Assembly (NCBI RefSeq): GCF_963921235.1
Contig: NC_086108.1
Coordinates: 90,770,001 to 90,834,000 of the forward strand
Origin: Mobula hypostoma
Lineage: Eukaryota
DNA: 64,000 nucleotides
Direction: 5' to 3'
The notes beneath the pieces were generated by a model. The model searched no databases. It was not told where the DNA came from and worked only from the letters and a program-made list of their open reading frames with translations. The number at the start of each line of letters is the position of its first letter. Position 1 is the first letter of the stretch. Shown here piece after piece: positions 24,980-38,695 of the stretch. The position numbers and the translations under genes were made by a program.

Positions 24980-25930
24980 AAGGAATAGACTACTTGATCC
25001 ATCGAGCCTGTCCCACTATACAGTATGATTAAGGCCGATCTGCACCAGGCATCAGCTCTTCTTCTGTGTAATTAATTTCTTCAATTTTTTAATCTTTCAA
25101 TAATTTATTTCCTCCTCCTTTAAGAAGTTTCTATAGAAATCAATTTTAAGCTCCTGAATGTTGTAACTGTATCCACTCTTACGAGGTTTTCCTACTAAAT
25201 GAAACATCTCAACAGCTACCAAGTATTGTTCCCTAAGGATCTTGATCATACCTTTTTACTTATGAACTCCAAAGAATGTAGATACAGCATAATTTTTTTA
25301 ATCTGTTTGTGAGAAGACATCCCTCTCATCTCAGAAATGAGATTACTGAGCGTTGTTTGGAATTTCACCAATGCCTGTCTATCCTTTTTTAAATAAAGGG
25401 ACTAAAACTGTGCACAGCACAGAAAGTAAGGCCTCACCACTACTCTGCAAATTTTTAACAATATTTCCTCTTTCTCAAATGCAACTCTCTTTCAATAAAG
25501 GCCAATATGCCATTTGCCATCCTAACCACTAGTAATATGTTGTAATTTGTGCACAAGTACACCTAGGTCTTTCTGTACTTCATTCAATTGCAATCTTTTT
25601 CCATTTAGATAATAGTCTTTCTTTAGATTCCTCCCAGTGAAGTGTATAACTTCACACTCTCCCGCATTAAATAACTTTTGACAAGTTTTTTTTTGCCCAT
25701 TGTCTCAATCTTTCTACATCTAGTGGAATAGTCTCAATATCCCCTTGGTATCATGCCCTCTCAACTATTTTCATGTCATTGACAAGACTGAATACTTTAC
25801 ATCTGCCCTTCTCTCCAAGTCATCATATGAATTTGTAAATAATTGAGGGGCAAGAACTGTTCTCTCGGGCACTCCACTAGTTAGATCCGTCCAACCTGGT
25901 AAAAGACCCATTTATGCAACTCTACATCAA
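24980..25930 (-). mobile_element. Heavily degraded CR1 LINE
   Basis: Aligns by eye with 3180-4035 (taaaggg..aaaactg..cacag; ggcactccactagt is the reverse of the PQG region). Confidence 0.7.
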
Positions 25931-26651
25931 TGAGCCAATTTTCATTCAAGGTTTAAGGAGTTGCACAAATACAATGTGATATTGCCTTATGCCTTTCATA
26001 TGACATCTGAACAAGAGGGAAAATGAAATAAATGCTGCCTTTTGGTGCTACCCATTCCCTGGAACAGATTTAAAAACATTGTTCTGCATGCCATTTTATA
26101 TCAGGTTTTATGATTGCCCTGCCCAAGGAATATTGGATTAAAAACAGGCAGTGGAAAAAATTAAGTAAGATTCATGGTGCAAGCAAAGTGGAATAGGGTC
26201 ACCTGTGATTGAGTGGAAGACAATAGAGATTAATGTCCAGTCTAGAGAGAGACGAATGTTTGTCCTTCATCAGAAATGCAAAATTATACCCTTAAGTAAA
26301 ATTTGGGTGATAATATTCAAAGGCTACAATTTGAATTCTAATGTTATCAGATATTTTTTTGAAATAGCTTATTGGTGATGTTCCACTCAAGCAACGCATT
26401 TTTTATTAAATTGAATTGTGGTTCTGCCAGCTTGAGGAAGTTATTTTATATTCATTTGGCAATCTGCTGCGGAATGGATTTTTTTTCTTGACTATATTTT
26501 TACAAAGTTGAATACTTGTCGTAAGCCTTGCTAATAATTTCACACATCAGGTTAAGCCTTTATACTAAAAAGACACGTAATTCTGGTTTTGATCTGTGTT
26601 GGGCATGAATTTCAAGATCACTAAGATTCTTTCTAATTTCCATTATTACAG

Positions 26652-26836
26652 TGAAAGCAGCCATGGCGAATATCAAGTTTAACAGATGGGGCTACTTAGA
26701 TGTTGATGCAGAGACCATGCAAACAAGTGAGCCCTGGGTCTTTGCAGGTGGAGATGTCACAGGTTTGGCTAACACCACTGTAGAGTCTGTAAATGATGGA
26801 AAGCAGGCGTCATGGCACATTCACAAATATTTACAG
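26652..26836 (+). CDS. DPYD: Dihydropyrimidine dehydrogenase internal coding exon (equivalent of human exon 12, residues ~447-508, FAD-binding region)
   Basis: Translation (V)[61 protein letters not shown] closely matches DPYD. Acceptor ttccattattacAG ends at 26651; donor CAG|GTGAGT starts at 26837. The exon is 185 bp with phase-1 start and phase-0 end, as in human exon 12. Confidence 0.97.
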
Positions 26837-27132
26837 GTGAGTAAGATTTGACTGGACACACTAGGCTTCATTTATTGTTGAATTTATTATTAATTGCATG
26901 GATTCTGTCAATGTAGCACATTATCCTTTACTTGGGACTGGTTGCCACTCTCTCATGCACAGTTTTTTTTATTAAATGTGCTAAAGTATATTTGTTTTTG
27001 GGACATTTCAACTATTTAAAACATAAAACAGCATTGTAGGCCAAAATTGAAATGGTCAAGTGAATGAGCCCATGCTGGTGATAGAATAAGGTGTTATTTG
27101 CTAAACTGATTCTGTACACACTCATTGATCTT

Positions 27133-27586
27133 TTGTTCAAGTATAATTGTCATTCAACCATACATGAACACTCATAAGTACCGCCAAACAAAACAGCCTT
27201 ACCTCAAGGCCAAGGTGCTCCCCTGCTGTCTGCCCTGCCGTCCGCAAATAAATCAGTGAATCGGACTTGCACCATTCCACATTAACAATGTCCAACAGGG
27301 TCTTTTAAGAACAAAAAAAGGTGACTAAGGTGATTACTCGCCATTAGACTGCACACCACCTTTCTGCGTCAACTCCTGTGATGCCTTTCTGAGCAGGTAG
27401 CGACATGATCTTCTTCAGTCTCTCTGCCCACGAGCAACTTGCTGATGGGACAAACCTGCAGTACTTCGAATTCTTAACATCCACTAGGGCCTTGTGATCG
27501 TACAAAAATACATTTAAAAAGAGAATAACACCTTTGGTTGGCCCCGTAGAAACTGCTGTGATCATTGTGCCTCCATGTTACCGGAA
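27133..27586 (-). mobile_element. Old bipartite non-autonomous LINE derivative
   Basis: Minus-strand start CTTCCGGTAACATGGAGGC resembles an AAGATGGCG-type 5' end; 3' end GAATGACAAT...CTTGAAC. Confidence 0.5.
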
Positions 27587-28149
27587 GATTATTATTTGTA
27601 CATGCTTATCCTGAATTAGAGAACATTCTCACAGTAATACCAGCGGAAACATAGTCAGCAGTCTCTATCTCTATAGGTTTTCTTCATTTCTTATGCATTT
27701 GTAAATGTCTTCCTTTTTCAATGTTTTTTTTTCTTGCTTCTGCTACACTAGTCAGAGGTCTTTTTTTCCATTTTTCATGTTTTCCACTTAATTGACCACT
27801 TCTAAATTATTTTCTCCTTACATTTTGCCTGAAAAACTTTCCAAAAGAATTTTTTGTGCTGCATCAGATCCAGAGTAATGATCATTTTGCTTTCCTTTAC
27901 ACTTGTGAACTGAAGAATGATACTGCAATAAACAGTCTTAAATCTTGAATCTTAGTAAGTCAATATCTTCTGATGTGGAGAATGAAATGAATGGATGCTA
28001 GGCTGATTATGAGCAAGTGATAGGTGTACCTCAATTACAAGCTATTCTGATGATTTGTTGTATATAATCTTTGGAACTGATATATCTCCAAAACTAATGG
28101 GGAATTTTAATGTGAGTCAGTGCAAAGATTTGAGTGTGACTAAGTTACA

Positions 28150-28625
28150 GAAAGAGGTGGCTACATCCCAGTGCATCACAAGCAAATAGCTCCTCACCAC
28201 TGAGCACATTGAGTGATGTCAAGAGAAAGCAGCATCCATCATCAAAGACCTCTGCCATCCAGGTCATACCCTCTTCTTTTTGTACCATTAGCCAGGAGAT
28301 GCAGTAGCACTAAATTCAGGTTCAGGAACAGTTTAGACACCCAGGCTTCTGAACAGGCATGAGATAACTTCAGTCACCACTACTATGACTTGATTCTGTG
28401 ACACTCACGCTTAACTTCAAGGGCTCTTTGGAACTTACGGTCTCAGTATTAATGTTACTTGCACAGTTTGCACAGTTCAGTTTGTCATTCTTTGTTCAAT
28501 CATGTGTAGTTTTTCATAAAATTCTATTGTATCTCTATTGATATCTGTAAGTGCCTGAATCTCAAGGTAGTATATGGTAACATAGTATATGCACTTTGAT
28601 AGCAAATTTTACTTTGAACTTTGAC
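28150..28625 (+). mobile_element. Rex1/Babar- or L2-type LINE 3' fragment
   Basis: Homologous to 7330-7850 (gcagcatccatcatcaaagacc...catccagg; tail actttgaactttga). Confidence 0.75.
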
Positions 28626-31423
28626 TGAGAAAAGTGCACTGGGAACTCATCTCCAGTCAAGAACCTTTTGAATTTAAGCTGGCACATTGGGCTTTGTGTT
28701 TCATGACGCAGTCTCCTTGTAAGAGGCAAGTTGGAAGCTTTAAATACTGAAGGTATTTAAAGAGGAATTTCTTTGAATGATCAGAGAATTGATGGCTAAG
28801 GGATACTTGCAAGGAAGAAGATATGAGGCTTAGACCAGATCAGTCATGATCATGTTGAACAGTCAGGCAGTCTGGAGGGTCTTATTGTCCTTATTTACTT
28901 GTGTTTCTATGAAATTTTCAACATGCTGTATCAGGGGTTTTGATGATTTGGTTCATAGGTTATGGTTTTTTTGTTATTCCCTGGGAATGACAGTGTTGCT
29001 TGAGGAGACTGAAGGCATGATTGGGAAATTTTCCAGTAAATAATGAGCATTTACGTGTACTTCTGTGTGTGAGAGGATGTCCATGTGATTTTGCTTGTGC
29101 AGCTTCTCATATCATAACCATTAAGTGTTTCAGTTTTCTTGACTGTCCTATGTGATGGGATTGGGTTTGCTGCCCACGAAGTTCTGAACTCAAACAAAGA
29201 TCTCACATTCTATCCAATATAGATAGCTATGGGTACATTCATTAAAAAGAGGTTATACTGTAGCCACCTACTCTTCAAGGGCTAGATCACTTGCCTGTTT
29301 ATCCTCCACAGTGAGTTTAGCTGCCAGTGCTCACTACTGAGTGGTGGATTGCCCCTCTTCATATCAAGGAGATCATTCCTACTCGCAAAGTAGTCAAACA
29401 CAGTTCATTTATTTTTAGTGATACACGTATAAATTTAAATAAAATTCTAAAAACATATTTAAAACTCACAGAAAATGTCTATCTCATATTCCAAAACATT
29501 TCTAAAAAACAGGTACAATTCCAATAGGCTAAAAAGACATACCTATGAGTTGCAGATGAATCAGTCGTTTCAATTGAAGGCAGATGGATGGATTCTATCT
29601 TTCTATCATTTTTTCTTGTTGTCCCTTGACCATTCCTCGGAAGCCTGAACTCTCTCTTACATTTATACTGTTTATTGCTACTTGGTGACTTCACATATAT
29701 GTGATACTTTTTCACACATTTGGTCTAAAAGCTTCTGGAGAAAGAGACCCCAAATGCCCAGTATTAATGCTGTAAAGGTCAACTCTCTGAGTACACAAAT
29801 CTCCCAGCTATTGATGTATCAACTATTTGATGTGCTAAGTGATAGTATAGTCTGGTCTGCAAATTTCCTTGTACTAAATAACTTAGTCAGTGTTGTCTGG
29901 TCTGATGGAGGTCTTACACTGCATCTCTTGAGCAGTCAGCTACAAACTGTGGGCCAGTAAACTGTGCTCTATAGTCAGTGGTGTTTGTTTGGGAAATTGT
30001 CCTTTTAACTTCAGACTGATAATTGCTTTCCATTTACACTAAGAACTGAAGACTGATTTACATGAAGAATTGAAAACTGGCTCCTGTTTACAACAAGAAG
30101 TTGAACAAAGAATATTGGTTGAAAATTTAGCTTACTCAAAAGCAACTCTTTTATCTCTAGAGGAATCAAGGGTTATGGAGAAAAGGCAGGAAGGTGGAGA
30201 TGAGTCCATGGCCAGATCAGCCATAATCTTATTGAACGGCGGAGCAGGCTCAACGGGCCAGATGGTTGACTACTGCTCCTATTTCTTATGTTCTTACATT
30301 CTTATGTAGAAGTGCCAGCTGCTGCGTTAGAAAACTGAGCTTAGCAAAAATGCCCCTTGACCCTGGATAGTGAATGTCAATCACACCCAAAGATGTCCTG
30401 GTAGGTTAATTAACAACAGTGTGTTACCCTTTGTATGGGTAAGTGGCAAAAAGAATTAAATTGGGAACTGATGGGCAAGTAAGAAAGAATACATTGGAGG
30501 TCCTTGGGGAAATAAGATTGCATCCTGCACTGGTTTCTGCACTTTAGCAGCAGCTGTCAAAGTCATTGCCACTGCGAACAGTGTTCTGCCTCCAGATCCT
30601 TCCAGGATTTTACTGAAGGCATTTTCAGGCTCCCACAGTGAGCAGCATATAAATGCAACAAACCAGTGACAGTTTCTTTGCTAATGCTGGCAATTATGTG
30701 GACTTTGCCTGCTGTAGTGCCAGTCAGAGGGTATGGATAAATCACCCAAAATATTCCTTCCATTCCTTCAACTGGCGTGTAACTGCAATTAATTCCTCAC
30801 ACAGGGGAGCAAAAAAACAGGTAGCAGTCATCCCATCTTGATTCTTAAAGTAGATTGTTGATCAGACAAGCATTGTGGGCAGGCCATGTTGGCACCAGAT
30901 GTGTGGTGACACTTCCGGGCTGTCACCAGAGAACCCTCAGGTGCGTTGGTTGTTAATGTAAATGATGCATTTCACTGTTTGCTTTGATGTAAACATAATA
31001 ATTAACTTGAATCCTGATCTTGATTTTGATGACACCTCTGTGAAATAGTCAGAAGGGAGGCACATGACTGTATGATTAATGCTGCTTAAGCTCTGGATGT
31101 TGCTTTAAGCAAGTCACCAGCATGAACGAAGTACACTTTGGGTGCCCATGCCGATCTGGGACAAGCCCCTAGATGGTTCTGATATCTTGCACTTTGCACA
31201 GCTCTAGGCCAAAGGAGAAAGGTGAGAAGGAGGGGAAGGAAAGGCCAGTAGGTGATGTGGGCAGTGCCCCAGTAATGCACTTTTCTGCCCAGAATACAGA
31301 GGACTGTCCTGTTAGTGAAACCTTGGTCCCTGCATAGATTTTTTAAGGGGCCTTTAGGATAAAAAAAAAGATATAGAGATGTGTAACTGCAAGCCTAATA
31401 TCTGAAGTTAACATGGAAATATA

Positions 31424-31640
31424 TGTTGTTGTTGTTCCTTTCTGCGCCTGATAGAGCATCAGGCAGCAACCTTGCCTTTTTTTTTAGTGTTTTTATCTGA
31501 TTTTTTTTTCTGAAGCCAAGTTGCTAGCTCAACGCTCAACCCAGCATGGATGGGAAGTGTGCAGGGAGCCGACCAGAGTCGAACCCGAGACCACTCGCCT
31601 CAAAGTCCGGTGTCGATGCCACTACACCACCAGCTGGCAT
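31424..31640 (-). mobile_element. tRNA-derived SINE
   Basis: Minus-strand head GCCAGCTGGTGGTGTAGTGG (box A)...GGTTCGACTC (box B); (CAA)n tail. Confidence 0.7.
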
Positions 31641-31909
31641 GAAAATATATGGCCGGTCCTTTCCTGTCACTGAGTGTAAATCATAGAATTCCCTCTTCAA
31701 CAGCACTGTACTGTCAGAGTACTTTCACCAGAGGAACTGTAGAGGATGGAGAAGGTGGAATACTATCAACTATTATTAAGGGTGACTAAGAATGCAGAGC
31801 ATTGTTCAGATCTAAAAATGAAGGTAAAAAGACCTTCAGTTCTGTAGGTGACAAAATTTAACCCTCAGTTGTTGCCAAGCTTTTGATAAGCTTTTGAATC
31901 TCCAAGGGA

Positions 31910-33170
31910 TGCTTTGAGCAGCTGGTCATGGAGCACATTAAAGCCTTTCTCCCAACTACACTGGACCCTTTCTAGTTCGCTTATCGCTCAAATCGATCCA
32001 CTGACGATGCAATCGCCTCTACCCTCCACTCTGTCCTGTCCCACGTGGAAAATGGTGTCTCATATGCCAGGCTGCTGTTTATAGATGTCACTTTGGCGTT
32101 CAACACCATCGTACCCCAGAAACTGGTGGGGAAACGGTCCTTGCAGGGTTTCAACACCTCCCTTTGCAACTGGATAATGGATTTCTTAACAGTAAGGCCA
32201 CAGTCAGTCTATGTAGGCAGCAATGTCTTACGTTTAATTATGCTAAGAACTGCTGCTCCCCAAGGCTGTGTGCTCAGTCCGCTACTGTTCGCACTGCTGA
32301 CGCATGACTGTGTTGCAGGATCCAACTCAAACCGTGTCGTCAAGTTTGCGGATGACACAAGTTTGTGGTTGGTCTTATCAAGAACAATGACAAGATGGAG
32401 TATAGAGAGGAAGTGGAGTGACTGGTGGATTAGTGTGAGAAGAACAACCTTACCCTGAATGGGGAGAAGACAAAGGAGATAATTGTAAACTTTGAAGGTG
32501 CCGACAAACCATCCTCCTCTGCCAATACATGGCACCTCCGTAGAGAGAGTTAAGTGCAACAAGTTCCTGGAAGTTCATATCATAAATGACCTCATCTGGT
32601 CCCTTAATACCACCTCTCTGAACAAGAAGGCATATCAGCACCTTTATTTCCTAAGAAGATTGAGGCAAGCAGGACTCCCATCCCCCATCTTAACTGTGTT
32701 TTACAGGAGCTTCATTGAGAGTGTCCTGACACTCCACCTGGTATTGGATTAGTCAGGCATCAGACCTGAAGTTCCTACAGCTGTGAACACTGAGAGGATC
32801 ATAGGGGTCTCCCTACCATCCATTGGAGATGTTTATCAGGAACACTGCATACGCAGGGCCCTTAGTATTGTTAAGGATCCCACCCATTGATCCAGCATCC
32901 TCTTTGACTTTCTACCATTAAGCAGGAGACTACGGTGCATAAAAACAAGAATGGTCAGGGTGAGAAACAGTTTCATCCACCAGGCCATTAGGCTTCTGAA
33001 CTCTGGACCACATCGTATTCGAAGTGTTACTGGATAATCTGTTCCATACCTTATAATATTTAATATTAATGCACTTTATTTTGTTATTTATGTGTGACTC
33101 ATCTATAGATTATATCCTTACCTTCATAAGTAATCGTGTATTATGTGTACTACAATATTTTACGTTGTTT
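31910..33170 (+). mobile_element. Rex1/Babar-type LINE RT pseudogene (5'-truncated)
   Basis: YARLLFIDVTLAFNTIVPQKL...CNWIMDFLT.RPQSV...PQGCVLSPLLF..LTHDC...KFADDT and KKAYQHLYFLRRLRQ, with frameshifts and stops. Confidence 0.88.
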
Positions 33171-33757
33171 AAGTGTAAAATGCCAAATCAGAACATTACC
33201 ACTGTCTAAAGCTGCAAGCCTCTTCTAATTTGAACTTCATTGAAGCTGCCCCGGAGGTAAACGTGGAAAACAATTTCCAGATCTCAGTCACTGCTCAAGC
33301 AAATACTTAAAATATATCAAAATACTGTACTGCATCTTCTTATTCAGATAGCGAGCTATAAGAACCTTGTGCTGTCACTTCAGTGTCTTGGAATGGGAGA
33401 AAAACAAAGGACAAGTTGTGACAGAGCAGTATTGATGATGTTACAAGACACTCCCGACCGTGCCTGCTTCCAGGATTTAGATGTTCTAACTCCCGAGTAT
33501 GGATATCTGGTGCAGCCCCTTTAAGAGTTCAGGATAGTCCCACTAATTGGTAATCATGTTTTGGGTGCCAAGAATTGAGTACTTAAGGAACACTTGAACT
33601 GAGGTTTGGTGCTCAATCGTAAGCCTACTGGTGATTTTTTTCTTTGTGTTTGTTTTACGCTCAGTTCTCAGTCCAGTTTGATGCCGTGTCTCAATCCTTG
33701 CTTCAGATACTCCAGCATTTAGGTCCAAACCATCCTCGTCAAGGACTCTTGTCACAG

Positions 33758-34438
33758 TAGATTAGATTAGATTAGATTATGAGGACACACAGTCCTCTTT
33801 TATTGTCATTTAGTAATGCATGCATTAAGAAATGATACAATGTTCCTCCAGTGTGATATCACAGAAACACAAGACAGACCAAGACTGTAAACTGGCAAAA
33901 ACCACATGATTATAGCATATAGTTACAACAGTGCAAGCAATACTGTAATTTGACAGAAGAACAGACCATGGGCATGGTAAAAAAAAAAAGTCTCAAAGTT
34001 TCTCGAAAGTCCCAACATCTCACGCAGATGGTAGGAGGAAGAAAACTCTTCCTGCCATGAGCTTCCAGTGCCGCAAACTTGCCGATGCAGCACCCTGCAA
34101 GCACCCGACCACAGTCCGACTCTCAGTCCGTCCGAAAACTTCGAGCCTCCGACACCGAGCGCCGAGCACCATCTCTGCTGAGTGCTTCGACCCCAGCCCT
34201 GGCAACAGGCAGTAGGCAAAGCTGAAGATTTGGGGCCTTTCCTCCGGAGATTCTCGATCGCACAGTAGCAGCGACAGCGAACTGGGCATTTCAGAAGTTT
34301 CTCCAGATGTTCCTCCGTGCTTTTAACGTCCATCTCCATCAAATCAGGATTGTGCATGGCCCCTATTTAACAAATACGATATTATTTTACAGTAGAGGCC
34401 GCATGCGCTGCGTCACACCACCATCTTCTCCTCCCTCC
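33758..34438 (-). mobile_element. Bipartite non-autonomous LINE derivative (~680 bp), CpG-rich
   Basis: Minus-strand 5' end GGAGGGAGGAGAAGATGGTGG; 3' end ATGACAATAAAA followed by a (TAATC)n microsatellite tail. No ORF with LINE motifs. Confidence 0.7.
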
Positions 34439-37400
34439 TTTGTTTTAAGGGGTTATGGAAACTGGACTTAGAGTGACTTTGGTGGAACTCAAATTCAGAT
34501 GCAAGACAGTTGAGGGTGTGACAACAGATGATGGAATCAGGAATCAAACCTCGATCTTACAACTGGCACCGTAAAGAACTGCGCTAACTGCTACACTATC
34601 ACGCTGCTCTGCCCATCATGTAGGGTCACATCCAAAACGTGGCCCCCTTCAGTGTTCGCTCTGCAATATACTAGAAACAAGATTTTCAACTTAGTACCAA
34701 TGATAGATGATTACAAGTGCAGTATATGAACTTTAAGACATCTTGTTGAAAAAAAAAAGCATTGGTTAATATATCGGGACAAACTAAAAAGGTTTAGTTT
34801 CTTGATTGGTCAGGAATGAAGGGATACGAGAAGAAGGCAGGAGATTGAGGCTGAGAGGAAAAATGGATCAGCCATAATGAACTATAGCACAGATTTGATG
34901 GGCCAAATTACCTAATTCTCTTCCTCTATCTTATGGTCTTAAGTACTTTAAGCCATTCGTTGTTACAGTGTGTATTCAATCAAAGTTTGGATCTAGTCTA
35001 AAATGATTGGATTAATGCCCATAATTCACTTGTTTTAGTTGTGCTGTAAAGAAAGGCAGCCGGTGGAATTTAGTCACTAACTACAAGGATTTCCCTCATT
35101 TTAAACATAATACCAGAATCTTAACAAGAAAGGCACCTGCCAGCCTCCTTAATGGAAATTGGCAGATAGCCACAAGAGCTTTGGAAACAGTGAAAGAAGG
35201 AAATTATCACTTTTGTTTTTAAGATGCATTTCAGTTTGTTGCGATCACAATATAAATTCACAAGCATTTTTTTAGATGGAAAATATTGACCTAACAGTAT
35301 GAACTGATGCCTGACCTCAACGGAACTGGCACTACAGTGTGTTCCATTAGCCTAAGGGTACAAAGATACAAATCTGGCCAAGTTCTGATTTGAGCTTGCT
35401 GTCCAACTACAAGTGCTCATGTTGTTACTGAATGAAGGCTCTCCACTCATTTGTGATGCCATGGACTGACACACAGCCAGCTCTGTAGGGTTGGGCATTG
35501 GAGAGCGTTGTAACCGGTGGAGCCATGTTTTGCAGATAACCTCACAGCGTGTCTCATCAATCAAAATGATCTCCAGCTGGCGCCTCAGAAACAATCAGCC
35601 AAGAAAGGTAGCAGGGTGCAGTGCCTAGGCCTGGGAGAAGGATCCAACATTTTGTAGAGCTTCATCCTGCAGGTTCATTTGAATCAAAGGAGGAACAATC
35701 TGTTGTGTGTGCCCATGCTTGGAAAATACTCTAGATTTTCACTTTTTGCCAGCAGGGAAGGAGATGGTATCAATTGTATGTTTTAAATATGGCAGTGCTT
35801 AAAAATAGGCAATTGCACAGTGTTTGTTCTCTAAAATTAAACAGCCCTTTACTGTGTTAAAGGAGCGGAGTTAACTTGAATAAACAGCTCTCTGGAAAAA
35901 CAATTATTTATATACAGAATCTTAAAAGCATTTTCTGCACCATACGAGTCAAATACTGAAGTTCGTATGTAAGGAATATGGAAGGACTGAAACAAGTGCA
36001 GAACAACATCTACAAGGATTAAAGCAGAATTATGAGGGTACAGATGTCAAAAAAGGGTATATGGATCTCATTTCTCTTGAGAATATAAGGCAGTGGGGGG
36101 AGGGAACGTCGACTCAGACCATGAGAGGCCTTACAAGGTGCAGATTGGAAGTCTGTGTGGGGCGCCACTCCTCCCACAGACACTAGAGCAATGTGTGGTT
36201 AAGTGCCTTGCTCAAGGACACAAACATGCTGCCACAACTGAGGCAGTGGGGTGACCTAATAGAGGTTTTCCAAGTTATGTAATGTGTTCATAAAGTGTAT
36301 GTGTTGATAAAGAGCATTTCGAAAGGCCAGTAGTACAAGATAGTTATCAATAAATCAAATGGAGAATTCAGGAGATTCTTTGTTACCTCTTTATAATGGT
36401 GGGAATGTGCCTCTCAGTCCCACAGGGAATGAGTGAAACAAATGGCATGGATGTATTTTAGAGGCTGGGTTAGTATAGGAGGGAGAGGGGAACACTGAGC
36501 AATGCTGGCAAATTTGAAAAAGGAAATATGGAGGGAGGCTCGATTAGATCTCAAAAGCTTGTTCAAGCCAAGTGCTTGCTTTGAAGGTCATACATATAAA
36601 TATCAGTAATTTTAAATAATTTCTTTTTTTCCTATGCTATGAAATACCTAATTCTCAAGTGCTGGCCTACCCACATTATTCTCATCTTCTCAGAGGAGAT
36701 ATAGAAGCATATTGCCTTTCAGAGCCATATTTTACCGTATGCAATTTTATTATAGTGAAGCGAAAATCTGGAAGTTGTTCTATTCAAAACAACAGGTTTG
36801 GGATCAATTGAGGACTTCAAGTGTGTAATCTTTAGACTTTTGTGAGACAGTTTGCTAGAAGCTAGAAAGTTACAGAGGGAAATAGGAGTACATGGAATTC
36901 AATCATAAATTTAATAGCAGGTTTAATGACTGCCTTGTTAATTCTGGAAAAAAGATAGGGAGCAAGTGACTTTGGACTCATGGGATACAAAATCCATGAG
37001 AATTGAAAAGCGAAAAAAGGGGGTGCTTGAGAAGCAACCTAAATACCTACGGTTTCTGAAGATTTATGTCAAATAACTGAAACAACTTTTGTAGAAACTG
37101 CAGATAAGATTTATTTCCTTCTTTGGAGGTAATAATAGGGTTCTTTACTATCCTTTGCTCAGACTATCATAGCCTTAGGTTTGCCAGCTCCACCCATTAT
37201 TCCTATTGAAATGTTTAAGATTCTGAATGTTCTTGGCTGAGAAGTGGTCTCCCTCATAGAAGCAGTCTGGAATGAAAGACCTGCTTGGATATGAGGAAGA
37301 AGTTCTTCTTAGAAGGCCATAAATTGTTTGGATTTCTCTGCCATAGAGCCCTATGGAGGCAGAATCATGGCCTCTATTCAAGACAGAGGTAGACACATTT

Positions 37401-37481
37401 TTGGACTACCAGAGATTCAAGAATTATGGGAACAGTCAAGAAAATATGGCCAAGATCAGAGCAGCCCTGTTCTTTTTGAGT

Positions 37482-38072
37482 AATAATAGTCAGCCTTTGA
37501 TCCCGGGGATCATGGGTTGACGCCTCTGATGGACTGTGTCCTCTCCAGGGTGCAAGCCTGGGCAGGAAGGTTTGAAGAACCGGCTGTTGCCCATGCAGCG
37601 GGTTCCCCCTCTCCACGTCACTGATGCAGTCCAAGGGAAGGGCAAGCGCCAATACAGCTTGACATCAGTGTCATTGCAGAGGTTGCCAGAGTGACAACAT
37701 CAAACTGCCTTCGGGACCCCAACTCCGGATTTCTTCCTCGGGGTTTACTCCTGAAGCCTTTCCCGTAGGTGGGTATGGCCGCAAGGCAGTGGAAGTTTAA
37801 AATCGGAGTTTTCCTTCTCCTAGGCGGGCTGCCGTCTAAGGCTGATGAGCCCCACCTGCCCAAAGCAACTGGTTTTGAGGTGCCAGTGGTCCGCCTTTGT
37901 CCCTTCTCTTGTCAGTAGAAATAGTTCCACCGGGCCTAGTAGCTAAGCCACACGTGAAGGCCAAGAGTTGGACTTGGTTGTCAGAGGCTATTAGAGACAC
38001 AAGCCATTTGGAGCACTTTATAAGTAATGGGAGCTTATCCCCACTACCACCCCTGGCTATGACAACCTTAGG
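37482..38072 (-). mobile_element. RTE-related non-autonomous retroposon
   Basis: GC-rich block whose first ~200 bp align with 1640-1825 (gcctgggca, cccctctcca, caagggaagggca, atacagcttg); (TAT)n tail. Confidence 0.6.
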
Positions 38073-38457
38073 AACCTTTTTGAAGGGTATATCATAATGA
38101 AATAGGCTATTTTTTTTTTACTTTTTTAATAATCTTATACGGGATTTCTTTTTTCATTGCTGACAATGACAATTGTTCTCTTTTGCTCTGTGCTCTCAGA
38201 CCTGATGGCTGTTGGAAAAGTCTTTGATTCCATTACTATTTGTTCTGCTCTCATAATCATGCACATCAATCCGCAGTGTGTCTGAAGCTCCAGATGGTAC
38301 TACTGTCCCAAGCCTCCTCCCTGCTCTCTTAAGACTTGAGAAATTTTCACGAATTATCACAATCACTTTTGCCCTCTCCCTGTACAGATGAATGCTAGTT
38401 CCTTTCTCTTGAATTTTTAGCCTAGTGAACATATCCTGGTGGTAGTGATGCCAAAGC

Positions 38458-38690
38458 TGGCATAGTAACACAGCAGAGAGCTGCCATCTCACAGCGGCAG
38501 CAGTCCTGATCTTTGCTGGTACCAGTGTGGGTTGCATGTTCTTCCAGAGACCATATGGGTTCCTCCTGCATGTTCTGGTTTCATCCTACATCCAAAAGAT
38601 GTGCTGGTTGGTAGGTTAATTGGTTACAGCAAATTACCCTTAGTGTAGGCGGGTATAGAATTAACGGGTATGTCAGAGAGAATAGATGAC
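38458..38690 (+). mobile_element. V-SINE (HE1-like), degraded
   Basis: gggttcctcc...tccaaaagatgtgctggttggtaggttaattgg is homologous to 22528-22793 and 58610-58890. Confidence 0.7.
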
Positions 38691-38695
38691 AGACT

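Noticed and set aside
1..26651. DPYD exon 11 equivalent
   Set aside because: No EEKCEFLPF...DVVISAFGS-like sequence appears in the ORF track or by reading. It presumably lies upstream of the window.
26651..26851. ORF-track start and stop as a stand-alone small gene (likewise 50925-51188)
   Set aside because: The boundaries are explained by splice sites. The extra residues are intronic read-through.
33923..34357. 144-aa minus-strand ORF (also 10830-11219 and 61684-62130) as novel genes
   Set aside because: They lie inside GC-rich repeats where stops are scarce, and they have no recognisable domains or splice support.
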